Source: a virus
DNA length: 64,000 bases
Direction: 5' to 3' (one strand)
Virus record (IMG/VR): IMGVR_UViG_3300034520_000378
The notes under the pieces are model-generated. The model did no database searches. It was not told the DNA's origin and saw nothing but the letters and a program-made list of their open reading frames with translations. A program made the translations under genes and the position numbers. Below, one piece after another: positions 18,801-28,376 of this stretch (positions within the stretch are counted from its first letter, which is position 1; the number at the start of each line of letters is the position of its first letter).

Positions 18801-21800
18801 AGCCGATGGAACGTATGCAAACTGCGAGTGGAAACGTTTGGCCAGGTCGGTAAAGCTCTCCGCTGCCACCTCGTCTATTATACCGGTGCCACGCCAGCGC
18901 CCTGCCTCGTCAAGATCGAGCCGCTCAGCTAGCGCATACAGTACACCGTCCCGCTCTTCTATGCCGCGAAAACGGTAGATACCCTTGGTTGCCGTATCGC
19001 CGGCAATTGGAGTGAGGTTGCCTATAACGCGATCTGGAACGGTATGTCGGTACAACAGATCGCCTTTGCGCAGCGGTCTTATATCCGCTTCAGCCGGCAG
19101 TGCAGTTGAAATACCAGCATCAAGTACTGTAAGCGCGTCACTCTTTGCTGGCAGGTCAAACACGCTTCGTACGGTATAAGTGTCTATCTTGGGCTTCCTA
19201 AACAGGCTGGTCAAAGTGCGCTCAAACCGCGGCGCCGCTTCCGGTGCACTTGTGCGCACCATACCAACAGCCTCAGCATATGTCTTACCAAGGTCTGGAC
19301 CGGCAACATAGTCAACGCTCTGTTTAATCCTGCGTAGGTTCGCTATGGTATCGTCAAGCACCTCGTCCGGTGCAGCAGCTGCTTCCGGGACCGCGAGGTT
19401 TATAACCTCCGGTGCGCCGACAAGCTCGGAGATAATGCGGCCGTCGTCACCACGGCTGTAGCGCACCAGTTGTACATTCAGTCCGGTGGTGGCTGCGCCT
19501 TCTGCTGCCTGTACCGGCGTGATAACCGCAACTGTGTATGGCCGCCTGCTAACGTTAGCCTTTAGCCTGGTCAGCGTGCCAAGCGTCTCATCAACGGTCA
19601 CACCCCCGCTGGGCGGTGTCGCCCGCTCCAGAACAATACCGCCACCCCTGGTAAGGCGCTCATATCCCGGCGGAGTCAGATTGGGAATACCCTGTGTTGG
19701 TTTAAAGACTTCAAACTCGTCCAGCAGTCCCGCCGTCAGCTCATCCATACCGCTTACAAGATAGTGCTCACCGGTAAGCACATCGCTGGCGATTATGTCA
19801 CCGCCCGTGCCGCGCTCAAGCGTTACGGGATGCCAGACATTGCTCTGTTTGACATACGTCTTAAGCTTTACCTTGCCGCCGGACTTCTCACTTAAGTCAA
19901 ACAGAGTACTGATTCGTTCCTGGCGCTCACGCTCAGGTACGCCGGACAGGTCTATCTCGTACCTAACCGGCTGAGTGATGTCCATTGTTTCCTGAGCTGC
20001 TTGTGCCGCACTTTCGCCCGCCTCTTCCGGCAGCTCAAGCTCGTACACCAGCCCGCTGTCCACAACCTCGTCTGCTACATCTTCCACAATGCCTTCCACA
20101 CGGTTTGTGTCAAGAGTGACATCCCTACCTGCCAGCCTGCCGGTTGACGAACCTTCGGCCAGTGTGACAAGCGACTCCTCCTCAACCGGCCTTTGTTTTA
20201 GGTACCTGGCTATCTCGGCCGGCTTCATGTCTGCAATGTACTGCAGATGCTCGATACCGCTAGTGACATCACTATCGCCGGCCTCGCGAACAAGACTAAC
20301 AACAGCGTCGTGTATAAGCTTGGCCTTCTCCAGGTCGGTCAGCTCGCGCACCCTACCGCCCTCTATGACGGTAAGCCCCTTGAGCTTGCTGCCTATAGTC
20401 GCTATTGCGCTGTACTCGTCACTTGCTGCACGCAGGTCGGTAGCAAACAGCTCGCCCAACAGCGCACGACGGTAGGTCTTCCGAAATACCGCGTTCCTGG
20501 CTACCCCAGCAGGATTGTATGCATCTATCTTGCCCGCAATCGATGCGCGGCTGATCGCCCTGTTCAATGCAAGCCAGCTTGACGATACGATGTCAACATC
20601 CTCGTACTTGCCTTTGGCCCATGGCGCAACGCTCAGCGCTGTTTTGAGTAGGTACGCGTTTACGTCCTCATCCGTTAGCTGTGCAACTGCTTTCTCTGCC
20701 TCTGCTGCAGCCAGGCTCCTGATTATCTCTGCCGTGTTGACAACGCTAACTCTTCCCGGTGCTGTTGCGCCAAATACTTCGCTTACACCGCCGCCCCACT
20801 CTATGTTTCGGTATGCGCCTTTGACCTCTTTTGCGAAGAAGCGCGCCATCGCCTCACGCTGCTCGCGGGTCTGTATTGCCTCCACCGCACCGGGCTCGAT
20901 CTCAACGACTATGCGCGTCTCTGCAGGCAGTTTTTGTGCCGCCAGAGTAACGACACCCTGTTCTTCGTCGATACTTGTTATGCGGAACGGCACAGCACTG
21001 CCGGCTATCATGACCTTTTGGTCAAGGTCGCGCGCTTCAAGCCATCTCGTGCGGCGCTCGGCCAGCTTCGCAGCTGGAACTTCACGATACAGGCTCTCCA
21101 CCTGCTGCCCCTCAGCCAGGTATGCAGCACGTGCGCGCACCAGCTCTGTACCGCCACCACCCAGCTGGAGCTTTTTACCGAACTTAAGCGCTTCAACAGT
21201 CTCATCTGTTTGTGCCTGCACCTGAGCTATCTCCGCTGCTACGGCATCGCGGCCCGGCCCCTGTGGCGTGCGGTTAGAAGACAGCAGGCCTATCTTCTCA
21301 AGATACGCCACTTCTTCTTTGCTGTACGCATTGGTCATACTGAGGAAGTGCGTCTTCATTTCGTCTTCAAACTCTTGAGCAGCGGTTTTGTACGCCTCCC
21401 TCAGCACCGAACTCGTGCTCTTATAGACACCCCGCGCCCTGTTCAGCCGCAGGCGTATGGACTCGATGATATTGCGGTTTGCAACGTCCGTGCCGACCAG
21501 CGCTTCAACATCACTGAACTGCTGCGTGAGCGCCTGGAATCTCCCCTCCAGCTGCTGGAACCGCGCCAACAGGCCCGTCCTTGTCAGCTCGTCTTCCAGC
21601 TTCTTCAGCCTGTTGAAATCCTCTGGCGCAAGCGATCTTGCCGCCTTCAAGCGCTTATATGTGGCGTAGTCCCAGCTTTTTTGCTGCAGGTCTTTGAAAT
21701 CGTCCAATAACCTGCGGAGCTGGCTGTCGTATTCCCTGAGCCGCTGTATTGAGACGCCACGCTCAATCTCGGCACGACCAATTACATCAATACCGCCTTC

Positions 21801-22121
21801 TACCAGTTCCTGCAAGAAGCTTTTCGCCCGACCCACATGGATCGGTTCTATCAATATGTCTTCAAACGATATCTCGCCCGGCTTGTATCCAGCGCGCTCA
21901 ATCAGCTTCCTTGTTTCCTCCTGTATAGCTTGTATCATGCTAACAGGATGGGGATTGACCTTTGTGCGGAGCGTCTCGAAGAACTCATCAGCCACTTCAT
22001 CGCTGTGCACAAAGGATAAGACGCGGACGGCGTCCAGCACGCTGCTAACCAGCGTGCTTGCATACTTCTCAGATACCTGTTCGAGATATTGTGGGTTGAA
22101 TATGTGCGGGTTCAGGCGCAA
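15840..22121 (-). CDS. giant virion protein (2093 aa), tape-measure/ejection-protein-like
   Basis: Helical composition, Ala/Gln-rich repeats near aa 1820-1950, hydrophobic segment WKVLAGIGLASLGLMALL; between TMP-like gene and hub. Confidence 0.6.
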   Translation of the reverse strand: MRLNPHIFNPQYLEQVSEKYASTLVSSVLDAVRVLSFVHSDEVADEFFETLRTKVNPHPVSMIQAIQEETRKLIERAGYKPGEISFEDILIEPIHVGRAKSFLQELVEGGIDVIGRAEIERGVSIQRLREYDSQLRRLLDDFKDLQQKSWDYATYKRLKAARSLAPEDFNRLKKLEDELTRTGLLARFQQLEGRFQALTQQFSDVEALVGTDVANRNIIESIRLRLNRARGVYKSTSSVLREAYKTAAQEFEDEMKTHFLSMTNAYSKEEVAYLEKIGLLSSNRTPQGPGRDAVAAEIAQVQAQTDETVEALKFGKKLQLGGGGTELVRARAAYLAEGQQVESLYREVPAAKLAERRTRWLEARDLDQKVMIAGSAVPFRITSIDEEQGVVTLAAQKLPAETRIVVEIEPGAVEAIQTREQREAMARFFAKEVKGAYRNIEWGGGVSEVFGATAPGRVSVVNTAEIIRSLAAAEAEKAVAQLTDEDVNAYLLKTALSVAPWAKGKYEDVDIVSSSWLALNRAISRASIAGKIDAYNPAGVARNAVFRKTYRRALLGELFATDLRAASDEYSAIATIGSKLKGLTVIEGGRVRELTDLEKAKLIHDAVVSLVREAGDSDVTSGIEHLQYIADMKPAEIARYLKQRPVEEESLVTLAEGSSTGRLAGRDVTLDTNRVEGIVEDVADEVVDSGLVYELELPEEAGESAAQAAQETMDITQPVRYEIDLSGVPERERQERISTLFDLSEKSGGKVKLKTYVKQSNVWHPVTLERGTGGDIIASDVLTGEHYLVSGMDELTAGLLDEFEVFKPTQGIPNLTPPGYERLTRGGGIVLERATPPSGGVTVDETLGTLTRLKANVSRRPYTVAVITPVQAAEGAATTGLNVQLVRYSRGDDGRIISELVGAPEVINLAVPEAAAAPDEVLDDTIANLRRIKQSVDYVAGPDLGKTYAEAVGMVRTSAPEAAPRFERTLTSLFRKPKIDTYTVRSVFDLPAKSDALTVLDAGISTALPAEADIRPLRKGDLLYRHTVPDRVIGNLTPIAGDTATKGIYRFRGIEERDGVLYALAERLDLDEAGRWRGTGIIDEVAAESFTDLAKRFHSQFAYVPSAEEAKNIFMDDVLDLTAREVRGIKTSLPQLSRLVAYTGQGAAGPEAFQPIIDKTLEAAHKLDSGAQLTPGEQLLVSMLGSTGSRDISKKTVDQMRYYLTRDVSPMYKHMLPHMQEWLASPEGQAFKTLAEDIVMLHGAGVLKGDPGQLYSQIGEKFKRGFIKGETGKKLGLEVSRYTPYRLYKFTGLPVGKGEIHIPTVVPEELYSRLREYVERSAKTPEGRKKAVYSLIDYFRQCGIADENVRTLDGLAQSIYNAAQRGALDEFAASLEAAHIPAIRDEQTASRFIDWVYDSFIIPAEAKKQGVQGRAQFMEWLRQRPVISARLDALERGIQELKDAGIDIAALPAIGEAADVLTNVPTEDVSIPPLSANPAEDMANIQQIIDEFQQLRDAYNANAVPLTKSDLELFEMGDALEQLRSRLQKELRADRRPTWAMLGSGADMRIPLTGNVPGVGDIFFKRIGDFTPEQLEQIALYYTRAGADTVEGHVRDAIVRHLKPDVDVSTAVKSGIDPLTGTHVPLQSSIPVQVVRHEPPELPLQEKLWRRIHTLFEDLTTPDKMLVETQDPESFLVRFRNLRQQLGERLGGLKQLIELEQTPQFQEQLFDLLREFKEKRVPGRPIQDLSQLQPRRFEQKRVFRRPTLDFSELQAQLYEMLKDPELRQEISYSLRVRDDRGLADFVKDSGLRQKVQSGSSKGFADFEERLYSLFRPLEQQVQGAADAVTEAAAAAVQQAADVVDTATTAAVARQAADVIDTAAANAAAAQQAARSATQQAAEDIAQRAAEAASAAPGAEEVRRINQAIKAQAAAAGGKQGPGAQHIKQINNFIKAKAAAKSASGAAGAGGGAGGLLGSAIGNWKVLAGIGLASLGLMALLRPRDKDDYTEPESSGGRYARAQKPIPVAPAMSEGEQGEVYQRPVPVENTGARITIRGRTKRRLSANDINAIASEAFNGNVNVNVNFSNDTSQLNEDYAKEVFSQLLKYGYARV

Positions 22122-22132
22122 TACTATCCCTC

Positions 22133-25100
22133 CTAATCAGCAAGCAGCATTGCGGGATCTCTGTTGATGTATTCAACCAGGTCACGCGACATGTCATAGC
22201 CCATATGCATGTTGACTTCTATGCCGGCCTTGTCGCTCGGCTCAACATTCACGTCTATGTCTTCTACACCAGCAGCGGAGAGCAGCCTGCGCAGCCGCTC
22301 GGCAATCTCACCAGCATTACCGGGCGTGCGCATATTCATCTTGGGCACGCGTACCGGTACCTGCTGCGCTCTCAGCTTGTCTTCCTCCCAAATGTCAAAC
22401 TCGCCTGGGTCAAGATGCATTTTGTCCACCAGCTTGACGCGCACCGCTTCAAGGTCTACATCCGGACGCCAGCCTTCCCAGGACTCGTCCGGTAGATAGT
22501 GCGTCTTAAAGTATTCCTCAAGCTTGGGCTTCTTTGGTGCTTTATCACCGTGCGCAGGCGCAAGGCCGTAGAACAGCCATTCCGGTGCAACCTTCTTGAG
22601 CTTTTTGTACTCCCACTTGGGCATCTTGAGGAAGTAGCGGAAGTAGCGCCGCTCCTTCTTGGGCAGCGCGACGATAAAGTCACCCAGCGGTTCGCCAGGC
22701 TCGTAACCATACATCGTCTGCTTCATCTGCCTGTAGTAGGCAATCGCCCTTCGCGCCCGCGGTGGTAAGTCCTCTTCAGACACCTCTGGAGACGTCTTCA
22801 GACTGGCAAGCTCGGCATTAATGCTCTTTATGGCGAGCTTCTTCAGCTCGTCCAGCGACCGCTGCACTCTCTTTGCCTTTTCCTTTTCGTCAGCTTCTTC
22901 AGCCTGCGCTCTTGCAAGCTCGTTGGCCTGTTTTATTTCCAGTGCTGCGGTTTCTTGTTCTGTCCTCTTAACAGCTTTGCGTGCCTTTTTCTTGTCATCC
23001 TCTACAGCAAGACGTATGTTATACTTCCTGAGTATCTCAAACAGTTCATCTGTTTGATTGCCCTTCAGCTTCTGTATGGCGCGCTTTGCCTCCATGAGCG
23101 CCCTTTTACGCGCCTTCACGAGCTCCTTGTGCTTGTCCCGCGCTTCAAAGTACTTCTGTACATCAAAGCCCTCTTCTTCAAGCGCACGCTTGCGTTCATG
23201 CTCATACAGACGTCTGTACTTTACGTACTTGAGAATATCAACGTATTGCTCCAGCTCCCACTCGCGCCGCCTCCTGGCCGGAATCCACTTCTTGCCCGTT
23301 ACAACTTGATATGCGGTAGTATACAAGGCCCCGGCACCAACAGTGGCAGCGCCAATCGCCGCACCTATTACCCTGGTCGCCGGTCTTCTCCCGAATAGAG
23401 CACCTATACCCGCACCTAAAAGCATCGCAATAGGCAGGGGCTTAGAGATGAACGACTGGTATGTCGGTATGAGAAAGTCCCTTATGGGGTGCTCCCAGCT
23501 CTGAAAGTTCTTGCCGTATACCTCACGCCTTACCCAGTCCTCATATGCACTGCGCACCTGGAGAAACTTGGTATGAATGGGCGTGTCAAGGTGGGAATTA
23601 TGGACAGCGCATACAAGAGTTGTATAGCTATGATTATCCTCTACTGTGAAGTCGTACACCAGTTTACCTTCGTATTTGACTTCTTCTACTTCTTTAATCC
23701 TGGCGAAGAGAACTCCATCCTGAATAAATGCCCAGCCATTAGTCTCTCGTTTTGATGAAGGTATCTCTTTGCCAAGCAGTTTGGCTAGTTCTCTACCCTG
23801 TTTCCCACCAATGTGCAACATATACCGTTTCTTATGGATGGTGCCGCTTACATCCTTACGAGCCTCCGCTATATGCAGACCCGGTATGAATCCTAAATTC
23901 AGCAACACCATCCTCATAGGAATGATTATGTTAGGCTGGACAGAAACACAGGATACAGTTTCACCTATATGGCCATCGCCGCGGAAATAGCCAACCACCA
24001 ACCCCTTTAGAGCCTCTAAGTCATCAGTAAGTGCTTCCGTGCTAAGCCGTTTATCGACAGTACGCCCCAAAAGTGCATTAAAGAACTCGGTTACTATAGA
24101 ATTCCCAAGGTGCACTATCTGCACATTACAACTGGGCTGATAATGAACAGTGCAACTTACCCCAAACACCTTGCGTGCGCACTCAATAACCTCATTGGCG
24201 TATTCAGTTTCGTTAATGTGAAAAGCAAACTGAACAGCTACAGGTTTGCCTCGCTGAAGCTTAATATGTCCCTCGCTTAGATAGTAACCGAAAAGTGTAT
24301 ACAGCTCACGGGAAACCGGAATGTAGCGATCGACTGGGACACTACTCTTTCTAATAGCGTTTGGATTAAATCCTCCTACTTTAAGGTAGATTTTGTCGTC
24401 GATCACAACCTTGTTGCTTAGGTCAATATAGTCAACAAGGTCAAAAACACGCCTCTTTGGAAGCTTCGCAATAGGCATACACACCCAGTCGTCCTTGCGT
24501 AACTCCTCGGCCTTTATCCATGTTGGTTTATAGGCCGCAGGACAGCCATCACGACATATACTTCGACCAGGAGCACATACGCCGGGCCGGCACCCATTGG
24601 AACCCTTCACAAAAGGACATGACTGCGCTTTGGCGGCATACACCTCATGATTGCCGGTTAGTACTAATGCGTCACTAGTCATCCATGTCCGAATGCGGTA
24701 AACTTTCTCTGATTCGGCTAGCGGACGCTTATGAACACAGACTACCTTATGCCAATTGCCATCCGTAGTGAGCACCAAATCGCCCAGTTTCACTTCCTTA
24801 GCCTGTTTTAGATCATCGTGAGTTACAATTAGCTGGTTTTCGCTGACGCAGAACCGCTCCCATGCCTTACCGAAGGCCCTCTCAAGCCGGCTGAAGCGCG
24901 CCATCACGGCAGCAGGTGAGTAGTCCTTCTCTTTTTCCTTGGCAACCTTCTCCTTAAGCAGGAGCCTGTTGATGTTCTCGCCCTTCACGTATACAACCGC
25001 TTTGATGGGGCTGTAGTCCTTCCTGGCTTTTCTTTCATCATCCGGTTCGTAGTAGATCACTATCTTGGTACCGGGCTTCAGCTTGCTCTGCAGGAGCTCC

Positions 25101-28100
25101 GCTGCACGCTGCGCAGCTTTGTCATCCTTCGCACCGGCAACGTGTATGCCAGCAAACTTTATGGGGATATTAGGCAGTTCCTTGACAAAGATGGTATTGT
25201 TGTCAGCCAGGGACTCTACTGTTACAACACGCTTTTTCAGCTCACGCTCGGCACCAACAAACCTGTAGGGATATATCCTGAGTGGCTCCTTCATCTTGCG
25301 GACCATTTCGCGGATCCGCTTTACCTCTTCCTTCTGCTCGGGCGTGAGCTTTATCTTGCTCATCAGCTTGCTGTACTCTTTGTACTCTTTGCTGTATGGC
25401 GCAACATGTGCTAAGATACGGAACCTGTCCAGAGGGCCGTACAGTTCATAGCGGTTTATGACGCCTTTCTTGTGGAGCTCAATAATCTCAGGATGCTCCT
25501 TGAGGAACCTGGTAAAGTCCTTGTTGTACAACGCCTCATAACCGCCACCGGGAAGCAGCATCTCGCCGTGAGGTAAATACGAATCGCCAGTATGGAAGTC
25601 TATATAATAGTCACGCGGCAGCCACGATGGCATGCGATTGGGAACCGGATTAAACATCTCGCCCCATTTCTCTCTTCTGCCGATAAAGCGCCGCACAATC
25701 TCGTTTACGTTACCGCCAAGCCCGCCCAGGTTTTCCTCCCAGAACCGCCGCCTAATGGAGTATATACCGCGCGCCTCTGCAATGCGTACTTCCTTGTCCT
25801 TGGGCACGTCCTGCGATATACCTGTCGCAGTTTCGGCAAGGAAACCGTAGAAGCCCGCAACCTCGGTAACACTCGACCAAAAGGCCCGCGCTACATCCCT
25901 CGCACTCCCGGGAGCTGTATACTTGCGTCCGTACTCGTCAACTATGTCGCCCTCGGGTGTGATCTCTACACGTACACCACCGGACGTGATGTAGCCACCT
26001 TCAGTGGTCTCTTCTTCGGGCTCTCCAGCCGTTTCGTGTCTTTCAGCTGTCCCTTCCGGCTGTCCAGCTGCACCCTCTAGCCCTCCAACTGCTCCGTATC
26101 CTCCCGATGGCCCGGCTGCTGCCCCGCCACTGGCAGGCGGCTCCACAACTAGGTACTCTCCCTCAGGCAGTTCTCCCTCTGGCCGCCCCTCAAGCTGCGC
26201 CCAAACCTCGGGATGCATCTTCTTCCTCGGCTTTATAAGCCTGCTCACGGCTGTGAGGAGAGGGCCTATAATCGGCAGCTCAACCAGTTCGGGATAATCA
26301 CCAGTGTAGAGGTATGGCCTCTCGTAATAGTGTTTTTCTTCCAGCCAGTACCTGTCCGTCACATATCGCTTAATTGGCGCGGTAGGATAGCGCGGCGTGG
26401 GGATAGGAGCATGAGCAAAGTATTCATCCTCGCTGCCGTACAGGACATCCGTGTACTTCCACTTGGACTTCAGCCGTCGGTACCAGTTGGGTCGCCACGC
26501 CTGGATGCGCCCACCAGTAAAGGGAGTATTTCCCAGCGGCCAATAGCGCCCTTTCCTGACGGGTTCCTCGCCGCTCTCAAACCATTCCTCCATCTCCTCA
26601 GGCGTCTTGGTCATCCAGATGGTGGCATCCTTGACAATCGGCAGCTCGAGGATCTGGTCAGAACCGGGCGTGAGCTGTTGCAGCCTGTCCATAAATCCGG
26701 TCAGGCCGATAGCACTGCTGAGCCGTGACAGTGCAGTCATGGTATACCGATAGGCGTCTGCCAGCAGGAATTCCGGCCTTACACCGGTCAGCTTCTCCAT
26801 CTCGTAATTCAGATAGTGCCATCCGAAAGCAAGGCCGCCAAGCACGAGTGCGCGGCGCAGGAACAGATTGGTGAAGAGGCTGAGCGTGTCACCGGTATGC
26901 TTGGACGATAACCCTAGCCGCGCTTTACCAAGTGAAAGATCCATCCGACCCACGCCTATGTACGGTATGAGCGTTAGCGTGGACACATCCTGAAGTCTGT
27001 GCCGCCCCGCAGTCAGCTGCTTCCAGATCGAACCTAACGAGCTGAAGTCGGCAGCATTAACATAGACCCATGGTTGTTCAATAAAACGCTTTGTGGCCGG
27101 TGGTATGTGGCTCGCACGCTCGGGCCCCAGTGCGTCTATAATCTTACCTATACCGGCCTCCATTGCCTCGAACAGCGGGTTTTCCGCCTCTTTTCTACCA
27201 AGAAACCCTAGCCTTGGATCGTCCCACAGGAATGTGTCCTGGTAGCCTATGTCGAGGGCTCTAAACAGCGGGTCCAGTAAACCTCTCACACCACCGCGCT
27301 TTGTATACTCGTTCATCTCCAGACCCGCCATAGTGCGGATATACTGCAACTTTACGTTACCCAAGCCGTGTATCAAATAGCCCAGCCCTTTGTTTACCTT
27401 TACAAGATCGTCCAGCTTCTGCGGGATGTTCCCTACATCAAACACTTCGCCGCCGATGAACAACAGCTGTCGCCCCAGCTCGTCTATATTACCGGTAAGC
27501 AGCGGCTGACGCTCTGTCACATCAAACAGATAGGTGAATGGACTCCTGTTGATGCCAAGCACGTCGCTCAGGTGCAAAAGTCCAAGGGGATTAAAGTTGA
27601 CTATCGGGATCTGGATATCTTTCTCCAGCCGCTGTATGAACTTTGTAAGCTGTTCGCTCATGCCGCGCATGTCAATCAGTTCGCCGGCCTCATTTATGAA
27701 CAGCGCCGGGTCGACAATAATATTCCCACCGGACAGGCCATAGATCTTTGCAAGCTGTTTCAGCCTGGCAAACTCGGGGACATTAAGCTGCATGATATCG
27801 TCCAGTACTGCATACCTAACCCCGGCAACCTTCTGCATCATGCTCTGCAGCTTGGCATTCGGAGTGAGACGCTTTTGGATCTGCTCCACAATCTTGGCTT
27901 TAACAACGTCCACACCTTGATCGATTGCAGTCTGTGTAACCCCATGCTGCGCGCCCCACGAACTCTTCAGATCGTCAAGCACATCCCGTGATTGTCTCAA
28001 TATCTCTTCCAGATAGAAGTGCGGTTTTTGAGTGCCGTGCTTGTTTTTCACAGCGCTTACAACATACCTTTTTAGTTCTGATGCCTTTCCAAGTGCGGAA

Positions 28101-28360
28101 AGATTCTGCCCCTGCCCCTTGGTGACGTAGTGCTCCCACTGGTATACTCCTTCTATAGCACGCGCAACAGGGCCGGGCTTGTATTTGCTGCTCAGCACCA
28201 TCGTCTTTTGAACGGATGCCTTTAAAAGACCGGTGCGCCAAAACAGGTATCCCCCGGCCAGCAGCCCGCCAACAAGCAGGGCCGTGTTGACCGCCGAACC
28301 TTTTTCCTGCTCCTTTTCGCTGTAGTAGTATGCGTCCTCCCGTTTCCTGTACTTTGCCAT
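22133..28360 (-). CDS. tape-measure-like giant virion protein with an SNase-like region, interrupted by an intein
   Basis: Follows tube and chaperone genes; several hydrophobic segments; SNase-like pattern just before the intein; start 28360 or 28375. Confidence 0.7.
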   Translation of the reverse strand: MAKYRKREDAYYYSEKEQEKGSAVNTALLVGGLLAGGYLFWRTGLLKASVQKTMVLSSKYKPGPVARAIEGVYQWEHYVTKGQGQNLSALGKASELKRYVVSAVKNKHGTQKPHFYLEEILRQSRDVLDDLKSSWGAQHGVTQTAIDQGVDVVKAKIVEQIQKRLTPNAKLQSMMQKVAGVRYAVLDDIMQLNVPEFARLKQLAKIYGLSGGNIIVDPALFINEAGELIDMRGMSEQLTKFIQRLEKDIQIPIVNFNPLGLLHLSDVLGINRSPFTYLFDVTERQPLLTGNIDELGRQLLFIGGEVFDVGNIPQKLDDLVKVNKGLGYLIHGLGNVKLQYIRTMAGLEMNEYTKRGGVRGLLDPLFRALDIGYQDTFLWDDPRLGFLGRKEAENPLFEAMEAGIGKIIDALGPERASHIPPATKRFIEQPWVYVNAADFSSLGSIWKQLTAGRHRLQDVSTLTLIPYIGVGRMDLSLGKARLGLSSKHTGDTLSLFTNLFLRRALVLGGLAFGWHYLNYEMEKLTGVRPEFLLADAYRYTMTALSRLSSAIGLTGFMDRLQQLTPGSDQILELPIVKDATIWMTKTPEEMEEWFESGEEPVRKGRYWPLGNTPFTGGRIQAWRPNWYRRLKSKWKYTDVLYGSEDEYFAHAPIPTPRYPTAPIKRYVTDRYWLEEKHYYERPYLYTGDYPELVELPIIGPLLTAVSRLIKPRKKMHPEVWAQLEGRPEGELPEGEYLVVEPPASGGAAAGPSGGYGAVGGLEGAAGQPEGTAERHETAGEPEEETTEGGYITSGGVRVEITPEGDIVDEYGRKYTAPGSARDVARAFWSSVTEVAGFYGFLAETATGISQDVPKDKEVRIAEARGIYSIRRRFWEENLGGLGGNVNEIVRRFIGRREKWGEMFNPVPNRMPSWLPRDYYIDFHTGDSYLPHGEMLLPGGGYEALYNKDFTRFLKEHPEIIELHKKGVINRYELYGPLDRFRILAHVAPYSKEYKEYSKLMSKIKLTPEQKEEVKRIREMVRKMKEPLRIYPYRFVGAERELKKRVVTVESLADNNTIFVKELPNIPIKFAGIHVAGAKDDKAAQRAAELLQSKLKPGTKIVIYYEPDDERKARKDYSPIKAVVYVKGENINRLLLKEKVAKEKEKDYSPAAVMARFSRLERAFGKAWERFCVSENQLIVTHDDLKQAKEVKLGDLVLTTDGNWHKVVCVHKRPLAESEKVYRIRTWMTSDALVLTGNHEVYAAKAQSCPFVKGSNGCRPGVCAPGRSICRDGCPAAYKPTWIKAEELRKDDWVCMPIAKLPKRRVFDLVDYIDLSNKVVIDDKIYLKVGGFNPNAIRKSSVPVDRYIPVSRELYTLFGYYLSEGHIKLQRGKPVAVQFAFHINETEYANEVIECARKVFGVSCTVHYQPSCNVQIVHLGNSIVTEFFNALLGRTVDKRLSTEALTDDLEALKGLVVGYFRGDGHIGETVSCVSVQPNIIIPMRMVLLNLGFIPGLHIAEARKDVSGTIHKKRYMLHIGGKQGRELAKLLGKEIPSSKRETNGWAFIQDGVLFARIKEVEEVKYEGKLVYDFTVEDNHSYTTLVCAVHNSHLDTPIHTKFLQVRSAYEDWVRREVYGKNFQSWEHPIRDFLIPTYQSFISKPLPIAMLLGAGIGALFGRRPATRVIGAAIGAATVGAGALYTTAYQVVTGKKWIPARRRREWELEQYVDILKYVKYRRLYEHERKRALEEEGFDVQKYFEARDKHKELVKARKRALMEAKRAIQKLKGNQTDELFEILRKYNIRLAVEDDKKKARKAVKRTEQETAALEIKQANELARAQAEEADEKEKAKRVQRSLDELKKLAIKSINAELASLKTSPEVSEEDLPPRARRAIAYYRQMKQTMYGYEPGEPLGDFIVALPKKERRYFRYFLKMPKWEYKKLKKVAPEWLFYGLAPAHGDKAPKKPKLEEYFKTHYLPDESWEGWRPDVDLEAVRVKLVDKMHLDPGEFDIWEEDKLRAQQVPVRVPKMNMRTPGNAGEIAERLRRLLSAAGVEDIDVNVEPSDKAGIEVNMHMGYDMSRDLVEYINRDPAMLLAD
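23597..24850 (-). mobile_element. 418-aa intein with LAGLIDADG homing endonuclease
   Basis: Block A CVSENQLIVT, block B LTGNHEV, LAGLIDADG-like LFGYYLSEGH and LVVGYFRGDGH, block F VYDFTVEDNHSY, terminal VHN followed by Ser; visibly more AT-rich than flanks. Confidence 0.95.
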
Positions 28361-28376
28361 ATAAAAAGACCGCACC

